Assembly: GCF_006345805.1 (NCBI RefSeq)
Contig: NC_043000.1
Coordinates: 40,424,001-40,488,000, forward strand
Direction: 5' to 3'
DNA length: 64,000 bases
Origin: Octopus sinensis
Lineage: Eukaryota
The notes under the pieces were generated by a model. The model was given only the letters and a program-made list of their open reading frames with translations. It did no database searches and was not told where the DNA came from. Positions 14,592-26,691 of this stretch are shown here, piece after piece. Positions within the stretch are counted from its first letter, which is position 1; each line of letters starts with the position of its first letter. The translations under genes were made by a program, and so were the position numbers.

Positions 14592-15099
14592 GTAAGCTTC
14601 AAGAATTTTCAAGAAAAACCTGTCCACGCGTTCGCATCTCGTTGGTTGGTCGATTAATAGACCGATAATGCGAAACTATGGTAGTTGATTCGTAATGTCT
14701 GATCGCGTATCCAGGGCTACGGTTTCGAATCATCGCTACAAAATAAATGTCTAATTTTAAATAAAATTTCTTAGCTTACTACACCAAATATATCAACATT
14801 CATTGTTCTTTTATCAAGGGTCACACCTACTTCTTTGCTTTTCAATTTCGCTGTAGTTGTTGACTTTGTGGTTTTTGCCTAATCCGAGATTAGCTCTGAT
14901 AGAGCAGATTTATGATCAAAAATTTTCAACCAGTACCGTTTACTTTTTTCATTTGAGCTAAATTTATCCTTTAAAAAAAAAACGCAGGAGCCGGTTCGGT
15001 GATCAGCATCGCTTTATTTCATATGTTTTTTATTTCATAACTTTTTAGCAACGATATAAGTTATACACATATATAAAGAAGGTAGAAAAGTAACACACG

Positions 15100-15260
15100 A
15101 GTCGATATGCATAAGGAAAATAAGACAAGGTAGAAAATGCTAAAATAAGTTTATCATGAAGTACATTTCAGTACCGGTTTCCGTCTTTTAGACTTTTTCA
15201 ACTAAGAGTAAAATAAGAAAAACAATTAAATTGGAAAAAAAAATTAAGTGGAATGTTTTA
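15100..15260 (-). repeat. Repeat with a degenerate hammerhead-like motif (related copies at about 15855-15920 and 62185-62265)
   Basis: AAAATGCTAAAATAAGTTTATCATGAAGTACATT is the reverse complement of sequence at about 15865-15900 and 62225-62260. Confidence 0.7.
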
Positions 15261-15415
15261 TAAATATTTCCATATTCTTCAAATAGTCTGTCTGTCTGTC
15301 TCTTCCTTTGTGAATGCTTAATAGGTAGGTAGGTAGGTAGGTAGTAGTAAATCTGAAGGAATAGTTTTATGGGTACAAAGAATAGATGGTTTAAGTAGGA
15401 GCAACCGAGGCAGGA

Positions 15416-15545
15416 GAAGGAGGAGGAGGAGGAGGAGAAGAAGAAGAAGAAGAAAAAAGAAGAAGAAGAAGAAGAAGACGAAGAAGAAGAAGAAGAAGAA
15501 GAAGAAGAAGAAGAAGAAGAAGAAGAAGAAGAAGAAGAAGAAAGA
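15416..15545. repeat. (GAG)n/(GAA)n trinucleotide array
   Basis: Direct repeats; source of the poly-F and poly-L pseudo-ORFs. Confidence 0.97.
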
Positions 15546-15916
15546 GGAGAAGGAGAAGTAGATTAAGAAGGAAGAGAAGTAGGAATAGAGAAAGAAGAGG
15601 AAGAAGGAGAAAGAAAAGAAAAATACAGGAGTGGTGTGACACAGTACATTGTTCGTGGAATCTTCTTTAATGGTCAAATGGCTGAAAGTGACCTGTTGTG
15701 GTCGTAACAGTAGTGGTTGGAATTGTTCTAAATTCTTGTAGTAGTTTCATCTGTGGCGGAAACATTCAAAATATGTTTACATTTTATAATAAAATATGCT
15801 TCTTTGCTTATGCGCTGATTATAGATTGCATTGTCCCTGAATTTACAGAGGGCAAAAATACTAAAATGTACTTCAAGATAAAATTATTTTAGCATTTTTT
15901 ACCTTGTCTTATTTTC

Positions 15917-15975
<59 letters not shown>

Positions 15976-16344
15976 TATATATAAATATATACATATGCAT
16001 ATATGGGTACCGTACGTCGCCAACTGTAAACAACATGAAATATGAAAACAAGCAAGTTAAATATGCAAACAATGAAAGAAAAAAATTAAAAACAGGACAA
16101 AGAACATAAAGAACGACCCTTCATCAGTTGTCGGCTGTCTATCTACTCCTCATTTCGAACAATATGAGTCTTCGAAGACAGTTGTTCCCATAACTTTCAA
16201 AATGAATTTGGGATTTTATGGAGGGTCGTTAGACCAAAACGAATGGAAAGATAGTGAACACTGGAAGAAATATTGTAGATAGACAGTCGACAACTGATGA
16301 AGGGTAATTCTTTGTGTTACTTGTACTGTTACTTTGTGTTACTT

Positions 16345-16740
16345 GTGCTGTTTGCAGGACGTCCTCGTCGAGCTCTACAGATCTTCTAGGACGAGGCTCA
16401 TCCTCTAGGCTGTAGTTTCCGGCTCGGAATTTCTGGAACCACCATTGACACTGGCTTACGCTTACTGTCCGATCCCCATATACTGCAATAATATTCCTCA
16501 CACTTTCTGTTACGTTGTTGCCTTTATTGAACTCATAAAGCAAAATATGCCAAATATACTCCTTTGTCACTTCCATAATAGCTTTGAAAAAATAACTGTT
16601 AAAATCGAACTTGCACTAAAAATTTTAAAAAATAATAAAAATAATAAAAATTCAAAGCAAGTTGTTGCAGGTAGTTTATCCCGTCCCCCTCCAACTTTTA
16701 GTTCATGTAATTGAAAAAACCGCACTATTTAGGAATTATA
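16345..16740 (-). mobile_element. mariner transposon 5' relic (N-terminal HTH DNA-binding region)
   Basis: MEVTKEYIWHILLYEFNKGNNVTESVRNIIAVYGDRTVSVSQCQWWFQKFRAGNYSLEDEPRPRRSVELDEDVL matches the Mos1/SETMAR-type N-terminus (WF.KF..G...LEDEPR.GR). It is truncated. Confidence 0.9.
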
Positions 16741-17459
16741 GCCAGCACTGATTTTGTTACGACTTTTCTTATACGAGACACTTGATGTAAACAACAATGA
16801 GATCTAAGATGAAAAATGGTTAAAGCTGGCTATAATTTCTATTAGAAATTCCGTAGAGATAACCTTAACGCGATTTTGTAATCGTGAGCGCAACAGCCTA
16901 ATCACTAGGTCATGCGCCTTCAATAAGGTATATGTGTGTATATATATATACAATTTTTTTAAGAAGGCAAATTTTATTTACTATTTATAGCAGGTCAACT
17001 AAATAAGTAAAGGCGCCTTCCGTAGGTTAGACTAGTGCCAATTTGTTTTTCTGCCGCTGGGAACATCTTATGAAAAGTCTATAAAGTGGATGTTGATCAT
17101 AAATGGACCTTTGATCAAAAACACTTGACTCTCTCTGTTATGGAAGTCGGACAAATTTTCACTTCCGTTTCCACTTGGGTAATATTCTCTCGGAGGCAAT
17201 GTACTTAAATGATTCTGTCACGCTGTACTGTATCACCGAAGCATTGTTAACGTCTGACAACGAGGTTATGTGATGATGGGGAGGGGAGAGGATGAGGAAT
17301 GCGGGATAGAGAATGTCAACGACAATGACGACGACAACAACGACAACGATGACAACGGCAACAACGGCAACGACGGCGGCGGCGATGATGATTATGATCA
17401 TAACGATGATGATACTGATTGTGTTTGTTACAGCAGATATCGCTGCTTATTATTAACAC

Positions 17460-18590
17460 CCACTGCGTGGTTGCCTGGGCACGCCGTGGTTGATGATGTG
17501 CAGACATGCGCTGAAGCTACTTCATCTCCAGTGCTTCCTTGACGGTGAATAGATGTGGTCGCCGTTCGCCAGACATGTATTTCTGCAGCTAGTTTCTTTA
17601 ACGGAGCTGCAATCCTAGGTAAAACAGAGACCCAGGGGTAACATTTGGAAAGTAGAATGTCTTCAAGCGCACACAGCCCTCAACCAATCGGACACTGCGA
17701 TAGGTGGAACGTCCACTTTAGCTTTTAGTAGAGGATTAGTGGGGGAAAAGTGCGACGATGTTCTTGGGAGGGGATCTTAAGCGTCGAAGAAAATCAACTA
17801 GCCGCTCTTTTCCGGAGAATTTTCAGCCCGGGACCGATGGCCTGGCAGTGCTACCGGAGAGCTTTGCCTATTCGAGACAAACTTTACAGGCAAGGAAGTG
17901 CCGTCAGCTGAGCATGTCCGAGATGCTCGCAGGACGATGATAAATACACTCGTCCAGTGCCCGAGTATTGCTGACCTATGGGTTTATATTGAACACTTAC
18001 TGTCGCGTGTGGGACGGATCCGGCTGTCAGCTGACTCCATCGTAAAAATCACCCCACCGCCTTCCTTTAACCGGGAAGGAAAGGCTGAACTTATATGCCT
18101 GGTGGCCATGGCGAAAGAGGTTGTATGGTGGACGAGATTGGAGAAGCTGAAGATAAACACTTTCCCTTTGGCTAATCCTTGATCAACTTCTTCAAGTTTC
18201 ACTTATAAGGAAAATAAGGGTAGAGAGGGAAGTGTTGTCTTCTAGCCAATTTGATAAAAGGTGAATGAAAGTGGCGAGAATGGTGCGAGTGAACGGGCCT
18301 ACACTGGGTATAAACCCGTAGTTGAAAAGAAAAATGGAAAGGAAAAACACCTGCCCCCAAAAGTCAGGATAACCATAGTTTTTTTCATGGGGTTTATCCA
18401 TGAGCAACTCTTGAACGTCTCTTCCCTATTGAGGATCACACATTGTTGATTTAAAAAAAAATTGTTGGTCTTGTTAACACGTAAAACCCCCACAGCACAC
18501 ACACACACACACACACACGCATTCTTTGTTTTGTCCTGTATTGTTCATAATGATTTCTTAATGTAAACCCTTGTGGTTAATAAAGAAATT
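17460..18590 (+). mobile_element. L1/Tx1-clade LINE, 5'-truncated 3' fragment (degenerate ORF2 C-terminus plus 3' UTR)
   Basis: Frame-disrupted peptides WQCYRRALPIRDKLYRQGSAVS, CPRC and TLVQCPSIADLWVYIEHLLSRVGR resemble the zf-RVT/CCHC region of L1/Tx1 ORF2. The element ends AATAAAGAA followed by (ATT)n. Confidence 0.75.
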
Positions 18591-18605
18591 ATTATTATTA
18601 TTATT

Positions 18606-19864
18606 CAGTAGTTTTATTTTTATAGCGTGCTTTCACTTCACTACCGAGCGCAGCTCTGTGTGCCTTGGGTATGTGCTGTGATTTGTTGTGATGCTCTGAT
18701 GGTTATTGTATGGAAAGTGTTCTGCGTAGGATGTGGGCAGTGCCTAGTAGTGCAATTTTCTGTATGTTATATGTGTTTGTAAGTCCTGGTGTTTTTGTTA
18801 TGTATTTGTCTGAATATTTTTTTATCATGCCTAATGCACCTACTATGATAGGAATTGTTTCTGTTTTCAGATTCCACATTCTAGTTACCTCTATTTCCAG
18901 GTCTTTGTATTTTGAGAGTTTCTCCATTTCTTTTAGAGACACGTTGTCATCTGCCGGTATTGATACATCAATTAGAAAGCATTTTTTTCTTCATGATCTC
19001 TGACAACTATATCTGGTCTGTTGGCCTTAATTCTCTATCTGTGTGTATCGGCATATCCCAGAGTATGGTTGCTTTCTCGTTTTCTGTGACCTTTTCTGGT
19101 GTGTGCCTATACCATCTTTTTTCTGTTGTTATTCCATAATGTTGGCATAGCTTCCAATGTATGTAGGTTTCAACTCTGTCATGTCTGTGAATATATTCCT
19201 TCTTAGCCAGGACTGGGCAGCTAGAGATAATATGATTTATTGTTTCTTGTCCATCTCCACATATTCAGCAGTTACTTGTAATATTTCTTTTCATTACATG
19301 TTTTTGGTAATTTCTGGTGGGGAGGCTTTGATTTTGTGCTGCAATTAAAAATCCCTCTGTTTCTGCTTTGAGTCCTGAGCTTCTCAACCATTGCTGGGAT
19401 TTTTCTTTGTCTATTTCTTTTGCGTTTAGTTTAGTCCAGTATTTACCATGAAGGGGCTTTTCTTGCCATCGTTTTATCATGGTTCGTTGCTGTTCTATTT
19501 TTAGTTTGGATTTCATTTGTTTTATAGCTTTTGTTGTTTCTTCATCTTCTTCTTCTTCTTCATGTTTATTAGGTGGTATGATTTCTTGTTTGTATTTGTC
19601 AGCTTCCTTAAATACTGAGAACAGTTTTTTGTTTTGCTCGTGTTTTGCTGCTATCTGGATCAGTTTTCCTTCCTTCTGAAGTAGATATTTTTGCAGTCCT
19701 ATGGTGGTTATTTTATAGTAGTTTTCCAGCTGTATAAGGCCTCTACCACCTTCTATACGTTGTATATATAGTCTTTCTATGTCAGATTTTGGGTGATGCA
19801 TCCTAGATCCTGTCATTATTTTTCTTGTTTTCCTATCTATTTTGGTCAGTTCATTTCGTGTCCA

Positions 19865-19866
<2 letters not shown>
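18606..19866 (-). mobile_element. R4/Dong-clade non-LTR retrotransposon, 5'-truncated
   Basis: Post-RT region RLYIQRIEGGRGL...PLHGKY...LKAETEGFLIAAQNQSL. CCHC finger C*ICGDGQETINHIISSC. Restriction-like endonuclease RPDIVVRD...IDVSIP...EKLSKYKDL...IVGALG...LLGTAHILRR. One stop and frameshifts. Flanked by TAA repeats on both sides. Confidence 0.93.
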
Positions 19867-19933
<67 letters not shown>

Positions 19934-19950
19934 GTTATTATTATTATTAT
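19866..19950. repeat. (TAA)n microsatellite
   Basis: Long TTA array. Similar arrays lie at 20161-20185, 20951-21055, 34023-34101 and 59365-59418. Confidence 0.97.
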
Positions 19951-20160
19951 GTTTTTTCCTTCTGTTTTCAAATTTTCTTCCGTTTCTCGCCGAGTGTTTT
20001 CCATACACCTAGGGCAGAGAAGGGTATTGTATGCATTCCCAGATTACACGCGCAAATTCACAGATAAAATATGTATTTAAAAATTAATAAATAAATAAAT
20101 TCATGGATAGATGTTATTTTCATAGCGATAGTGCTCTTCTCAGTACATGAGCCGTTCCAG
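19951..20160 (-). mobile_element. Short R4/Dong-type 3' end (last codons GTAHVLRRALSL* plus 3' UTR)
   Basis: Minus strand CTGGAACGGCTCATGTACTGAGAAGAGCACTATCGCTATGA matches the C-terminus of the neighbouring copy. Bounded by TAA arrays. Confidence 0.75.
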
Positions 20161-20185
20161 TTATTATTATTATTATTATTATTAT

Positions 20186-20949
20186 TTGGTTTGAATCAGG
20201 TTCGGTCTTACTCCTGGTAGGATTTATGTGGGTAGCGGGTCACTGCCAGTAACATTAGGTACCCAAAAGTTTTCAGTAGTCTTTCAAGTGCGTAGAACCT
20301 TCCTGATAATCCTTGCTGCCCCTAAGGGACAAACTTTCTGTAGGAGCTCTACTGAGCATTCTATTCCAATCTCCTTCAACTATTTGTTTATATCTTTCCT
20401 TACTGTTCCCAATGCACCAATTATTATAGGCACGACCTTTACTGTTCTCATACTTCAAATTCTTCCTATTTCAAATCTTAAGGAATTGTATTATTCTTTT
20501 CGTCCTCTTTCTTTACGATCCTGGAATCAATGAGGCATGATGGCTCGACTAGTAAGCGATTTTACTTTTCCTTATCTATAATTGTTATATCCGGGCTATT
20601 ATTTTCTAACTTCTTGTCCGTTTGAATCGGAAAGTCCCACAAAATCTTACATTTCTCCGACTCCAGTACTCCCCCGACTCGATGATTATACCGTATGATT
20701 CTTGCTTCAAATCCCCATTTCTGGCAAAGTTTCCAGTGTAAATCTTTTACCAGCTGGTCGGGCCTCCATTTCTTATATTCTTCCTGTGCCAACATGGGAC
20801 ATTCTGTCACAATGTGTGCCACTGTTTCGTTCTAAGTTCCATAGGTTCTACATATTTCTGACACATTCTCTCCATATATATTTTCTCTCAATTAGGCACT
20901 CTGTTTCTTTTATTTAAGTGCATTTATAGATTCATTGTCACTGTTCAAA

Positions 20950-20950
<1 letters not shown>
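20186..20950 (-). mobile_element. Second R4/Dong-type subfamily, degenerate 3' fragment
   Basis: ETVAHIVTECPMLAQEEY...LHWKLCQK...ILWDFPIQTDKKLENNSPDITIIDKEK, then VVPIIIGALGTV. Flanked by TAA arrays. Confidence 0.88.
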
Positions 20951-20986
<36 letters not shown>

Positions 20987-21009
20987 TATTATTATTATTA
21001 TTATTATTA

Positions 21010-21052
<43 letters not shown>

Positions 21053-21945
21053 GAAATTGTTGTGATTGGTCGTGGGTTTGTTAGTGGTGGAGGTGGTGTT
21101 GGTGATGGTATAAGAGTAGAGACTCGATATGAGTATATAAAAATGTGTATGTGTGTATGACTGTGTTTGTGTTTCTGTGTGCGCATGTGTGTGCGTGTGT
21201 GTGTGTGATGTTGTAGGGAGGCGGTGAAGTTGAAGTAATTAGGATGTTATGGCATGGCATTGCTGTTTTACACGTGTTCCAAAGATCAGCGAAGCAATAC
21301 GTTGTTCGCTTCTAGTGTTACATGCTTCTTTTTCGGCCTCACGACCCTTCCCGGCCATCTCCCACCCCCATCAGTTCAATTACCAGCTCCATGTTCTATA
21401 TCCCCTCCACCGTCTCTCTCATCCCGTTTCTAAACAGCATTTCTCAACGGAATTAAACTTAACATTTACTTCTGGAAGATTCTGTTACTGAGGTATTTCA
21501 GTTGTTGTTTGCTTATAACATTACAAAACCTTCCGTATCAAACACCCACCCACCTTCTCTTGTCATGTCACGCTGCCACATCACCATCTCACCCTACCCC
21601 ACCACTTCACACCACATAGTACCATTCCTCTATTACACAAGTTTAAAGAAGGAGCTTCCACCCGGTTGCTCAACCTGCTAGAAATAGCAACCAAAAATTT
21701 TCAAATGACACCTCATCATCAGAAAAATTGGAAGGATACACTAGTGAGCGTAGATGGTGAAAGTATGACACTTATTTCGGTCATGATACATCGTGATTTT
21801 TAAAATATTCTTTAATTATTTTTATGGATACATGCGATAGACTTCAGAAAAAGGTCTCCCTACAGTACCGTGTTATAAAAAGACCACAAAATTTGACAAA
21901 TAATTTTATTAATTTTAATATTTATCACAAAAAAAATTTAAAAAT

Positions 21946-22160
21946 AGGTGGGCTGGCAGAATCATTAGCACACCAGGCAAAATGCTTAGCGGCATTTCGT
22001 CCGTCTTTACATTCTGAGTTCAAATTCCGCCGAGGCTGACTTTACTTTTCATCCTTTCAGGGGTTGATAAAATAAGTACGTTGAATACCGAGGTCGATGT
22101 AATCGGCGTATCCTCTCCCCGCCGAAATTGCTGGCCTCGTGCCAAACTTTGAAAGCAATA
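21946..22160 (+). mobile_element. tRNA-derived SINE, family C
   Basis: GCTGGCAGAATCATTAGCAC head, TTCTGAGTTCAAATTCCGCCGAGG and CTTTTCATCCTTTC..GATAAAATAAGTAC core. Similar copies at 49.8-50.4, 58.0 and 59.5 kb. Confidence 0.88.
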
Positions 22161-22899
22161 TTTGGCACAAGATGGCGTATTTTCAGCGTTTATTTTTACC
22201 TTCACCACCTAAAGAATACTATGGCAAATGCAGAGACCAACATTACCACCTCCCCCATTACCCACCTCCCCATTACCCCACACCACCACCATTATCACCA
22301 CTACCACCATCACCATTACCACTGCCATAACAACCATCTCTACCACTATTGTGACCATGCCACTACCTCCACCACAACCATCGCCATCACCGCTACCAGT
22401 ACAAATACCATCCTTATCACCATGACGACAACCACCAGCAGAAGCACTCTCTCGACCTCTACTATAACCTCAAAAAGAGCCACTATAACACTCACCACTA
22501 TCACTCCTGGTGGCAAAATCCACCGCCCTAACCACTAATGCCACCAGTAATGATACCAGATATTTTGTGTGTCAGACTTGATTAAGTCGAGCAACGTTTG
22601 TGGCATCACAGTCTAAATTGGAGAATGCTGTATGTGTGAGTGTCTGTGTGTGTGTGTGAGAAAGAGAGAGAGAGAGAAAGAGAGAGAGAGAAAGAGAGAG
22701 AGAGAGTGTGTGTGTGTGTGAGCAACAATGTGCTTGTGAAATAGTAGTGTGAAATGATGAGCCGAGTTGTATCCGTGTTTTATTAATCATATTCTTTTTA
22801 CTCCTGAGTCTGTGCTCAAATTAATTAATATAAGAAGATAGATTAGTTAACATATTCCCGCTGAATACCCTAATGCCATGTAGATGCTATGGAAAGAAT

Positions 22900-22936
<37 letters not shown>

Positions 22937-23066
22937 TGTGTGTGTGTGTGTGTGTGTATAAAATTCAGGGTGAATACTTGATAATTGTAAGCACCTGTAT
23001 ATGACATTTAGTGGTGTAGGTGATAGAGTATATTTATCAAAATAAAAACATGATGCATAGGATTTA

Positions 23067-23153
23067 GCGGTACATATGTTTCGGGCCTTTATTAGACGGT
23101 TTATAACAATGCATAATTGATGTAAATGTGTGTCTATAGCCTTCTTCAGCCGC
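23067..23153 (-). ncRNA. Type I hammerhead ribozyme motif (mirror copy)
   Basis: Exact reverse complement of 23294-23380. Confidence 0.7.
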
Positions 23154-23293
23154 GTACAATTACTACTTCAAGGACATGTATTACATTATGTTTTACATTG
23201 GGGATGCAAATCCTCATAGTTGCGACTATGAGGGTTTGCATCCCCAATGTAAAACTTATAATGTAATACATGTCCTTGAAGTAGTAATTGTAC

Positions 23294-23380
23294 GCGGCTG
23301 AAGAAGGCTATAGACACACATTTACATCAATTATGCATTGTTATAAACCGTCTAATAAAGGCCCGAAACATATGTACCGC
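23294..23380 (+). ncRNA. Type I hammerhead ribozyme motif
   Basis: GCGG-CUGAAGA-A-GGC...(UAGAC/GUCUA extension)...GCCC-GAAAC-AUAU-GUA^CCGC. Helix I is GCGG/CCGC, core boxes are intact, helix III is palindromic (ACAUAUGU) and the cleavage triplet is GUA. Confidence 0.7.
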
Positions 23381-23471
23381 TAAATCCTATGCATCATGTT
23401 TTTATTTTGATAAATATATGTATATATATGTATATATATATGTGTGTGTGTGAGTGTATATGTATATATAT

Positions 23472-23522
<51 letters not shown>

Positions 23523-24135
23523 GTATATGAATATGCGCCTGTATGCATTATACGTGTATACATATGTACACAGAAACAGAAAAAAGGAAAATGTCCCTGC
23601 ATTTGAGAACTATGGATATATCTTTAAAAAACATTTCATTTAATTTGTCCACAATTTAATTGTTTTCATGCTTTACTCTAAGTCTGTCTTTTAGTCTATC
23701 CATTTCTACATGTCTATCCATTTCTACCTGTCTCCTTCTCTATTGACGAGGCAGTTACGGCGTGAGAATTCGATCAAGACATCAAATATATGTTTGAAGA
23801 ATTAAGAAAATACTTATTCTACTTGCTAACTTATACCGAGTCACGTGATTTTGATATTCCGCGCATAACCGTAAGCTGTATTGTTTGCTACACTTAAAAT
23901 AGTACTTAATTTGCTTATCGACTCGGAATAAGGAAAAGCAAACTTGACGAAGATAGGATTTGTCCTCAAAAAGTAAAGTTCTAGACGAAATACTGCAAGA
24001 TTTTCTATACTGGCGATTCTACCTGCTTGCCGCTTTCCTCTGGAAACTTATACGCACGCGCAAACAAACAACCATATTGTGTCCATATGCAATATACATA
24101 TGTAGGTATATATTGAATATGTTTTTTATCTTTCA

Positions 24136-24505
24136 TCTTTAACTTGCTTCAGTCATTAAACTGCGGCCATGCTGGGGCACCGCCATGAGGAATTTCAGTT
24201 CAATTATTCGACTAAAGTACATTTTTCTAAGACTGTTACTTATTCTGTGCTCTCTTATGCCTAACCACTAAGTTACAGGGACGTAAACACACCGACACCT
24301 GTTGTCAAAGCGCTGGTAGGTGACAATACAGACCAAAAAAATCCACGTATATATATGGATACAGTATGACAGGCTTCTTTCAGTTTCCCTCTACCAAATC
24401 CATTCAGAAGACTTTGGTCAGCCCGAGGCTACAAAAGAAGATACCCAAGGTACCACTCAATAGGAACTGAAACTGGAACCATGTGTTTGGAGGCAAACAT
24501 CGTAT
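24136..24505 (-). mobile_element. SINE family A, diverged full-length copy
   Basis: Reverse complement of both halves of the 222-608 element. Confidence 0.85.
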
Positions 24506-24594
24506 TGTAAATATAGTACCACACACACGCGCGCACACATATTTATATATACATACATATGTGCATAAGTGTTTGCTTATATATATATATATAT

Positions 24595-24790
24595 ATATAG
24601 TTGAAATTTACTGAAAAACAAAAGGCGAAAATAGGTGTGTGAAAACAAGCGGATGTATTTATTAGTTTGACGCTCGGGAAAGTGAGAAAGTCTTTCACTT
24701 TTCGAGCCTAAGCTCGTCAACAGAAAGGAATATGAGGAAATAAACAGAGAGGACATAAAAAAATTTGTGAATTTAGTGAAGAATCATGCC
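24595..24790 (-). repeat. Penelope-LTR-like repeat carrying a degenerate hammerhead (24692-24727)
   Basis: Minus strand CUUU-CUGUUGA-C-GAGC-UUAG-GCUC-GAAAA-GUG-AAAG. Same family as 29515-29925. Confidence 0.6.
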
Positions 24791-25730
24791 AACTGGTTGG
24801 GAAAACATAGCTTGACGGGAAAACTAGAAAGAAGAGCAGACAATAAAGTACTGGTGATCCCAAAACGAAGGTGCGCGTGCGTGTGTGTATGTGAGAGTGT
24901 GTGAGTGCGTTTGAGTGTGTGCGTGGATAGGGGCTAGAGGCTTTAACGTGTGCATGTGTGTGTAAGTGTGCAAGTGTGTGCGTCTGCAATGCGTGGATGA
25001 TGATGTGTGGGTGTGCAGATAAGGGTATGTGGTGTGGGTGCTGGGAAGTGGTCAGTGCTAGTGTGTGTGGAGTGGTGTGGTGTTATGTGGTGTGGTGGTG
25101 TGTGGTGACGTGTTGTGTGGCGGTGTGGGCTGTGGGACATTGGTATATGTATATAAAGTCATATATATATATATATACACATATATGTATATGCGCGCGT
25201 GTAAGTACACATCTTTGTATGAGTGTATGTAAATAAATATATCATGAAAGTTCGTGCGCATATAAATAAGATGGTAACGTTGTTACATGGGCAGCAATAG
25301 CATAGCAGGCACCGTCTGCCTCTCCAAATAACTGAAATAATTCCTATCTTGTCTTCTTTATTGAATAACCCACTTTCAATAGCCAGCTACAAGTAAAAGC
25401 CTTGTCCGAGTCAAGAATGTTTCTATTTGCTATTTTACGAATTTCATTACAGAAAAACTACACCTCCATTGTACACGTGAAGCATAATACAATAGCCTTT
25501 CTCATATATTTCTAAGCTTTAAGCCTATATGAGAAACATGTCTTTGCAAAGCACAACACGCATGCTTCCATATTGGATAGAATCGTGAGATAATGAGGGA
25601 CAAAAAGATCGATAACGTTGCATCATTATGTTTTTAATACATATATGTGTTGTGTTGTGTGTGTGTGTGAGTGGTTGTGTAAATGTGCGTGTGTATGTAT
25701 GCGAGTGTAAATTATATATGTATAGCTATC

Positions 25731-25783
<53 letters not shown>

Positions 25784-26007
25784 TCTATATACATACACAC
25801 AAGCATATATATATATATATAATATGCATTATATATTATATATATATATATATATACATATCTATACATATTATATATACATATACATTATATTATATAT
25901 TTATATACATACATACATAAATACATACATATATATATACACACAAACTGTGTTTATATGTGTGCGTATGTATGTGTATTTGCATGAAGACATGTGCATG
26001 TATATGC

Positions 26008-26049
<42 letters not shown>

Positions 26050-26052
26050 ATA

Positions 26053-26085
<33 letters not shown>

Positions 26086-26583
26086 TGTATGTATGTATGT
26101 ATGTATGTATGTATGTATGCATGTATGTGTGTGTGTGTATATGTATGTATGCAAGCATATCTATATGTATATATAAGCCCCTACATATTCGGAGGCTGGT
26201 GAACATATAGTAAAGATAGAAAAAGTAAAGGATACATAAATACAATTATGCATCTGTATGCGTATATGTACGTGTTGTGCGCGCGCGCGCGCGTGTGTGT
26301 ACTAATGCACTGATAGAGACCAGCAACAACGTAAATGCATATATACTTAGCAGGCGCCTGTAAATTGGTTAATCGACCAGGATCCTCTTTGTAAATATTA
26401 TCTGCACTATTGTATTCCATATATGTCTCACAGAACTCCCTGCATTACACTATAATGCACGCACACACACACACAAGCATATATGTAAATATATATGTAT
26501 GTATATACGTGTATGCATACATATGTGCATATATACATATATATATGCACGTATGCACATATATATATATAAACATATATCTA

Positions 26584-26622
<39 letters not shown>

Positions 26623-26655
26623 ATCTATCTATCTATATCTATATCTATCTATCTA

Positions 26656-26691
<36 letters not shown>

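Larger units (their letters stand above)
23029..23418. repeat. Near-perfect palindrome with ~190-bp arms
   Basis: The arms are reverse complements apart from one mismatch and a 2-nt indel near the centre. The loop is TGCG at 23221-23224. Confidence 0.97.

Noticed and set aside
14385-14675. Minus-strand ~96-codon open frame (…FFLKILEAYFRSPIKTVRR…PLCNYCCCYQ)
   Set aside because: It overlaps the plus-strand exon candidate, which has the better donor site. It has no recognisable homology. It is not excluded, but is unsupported.
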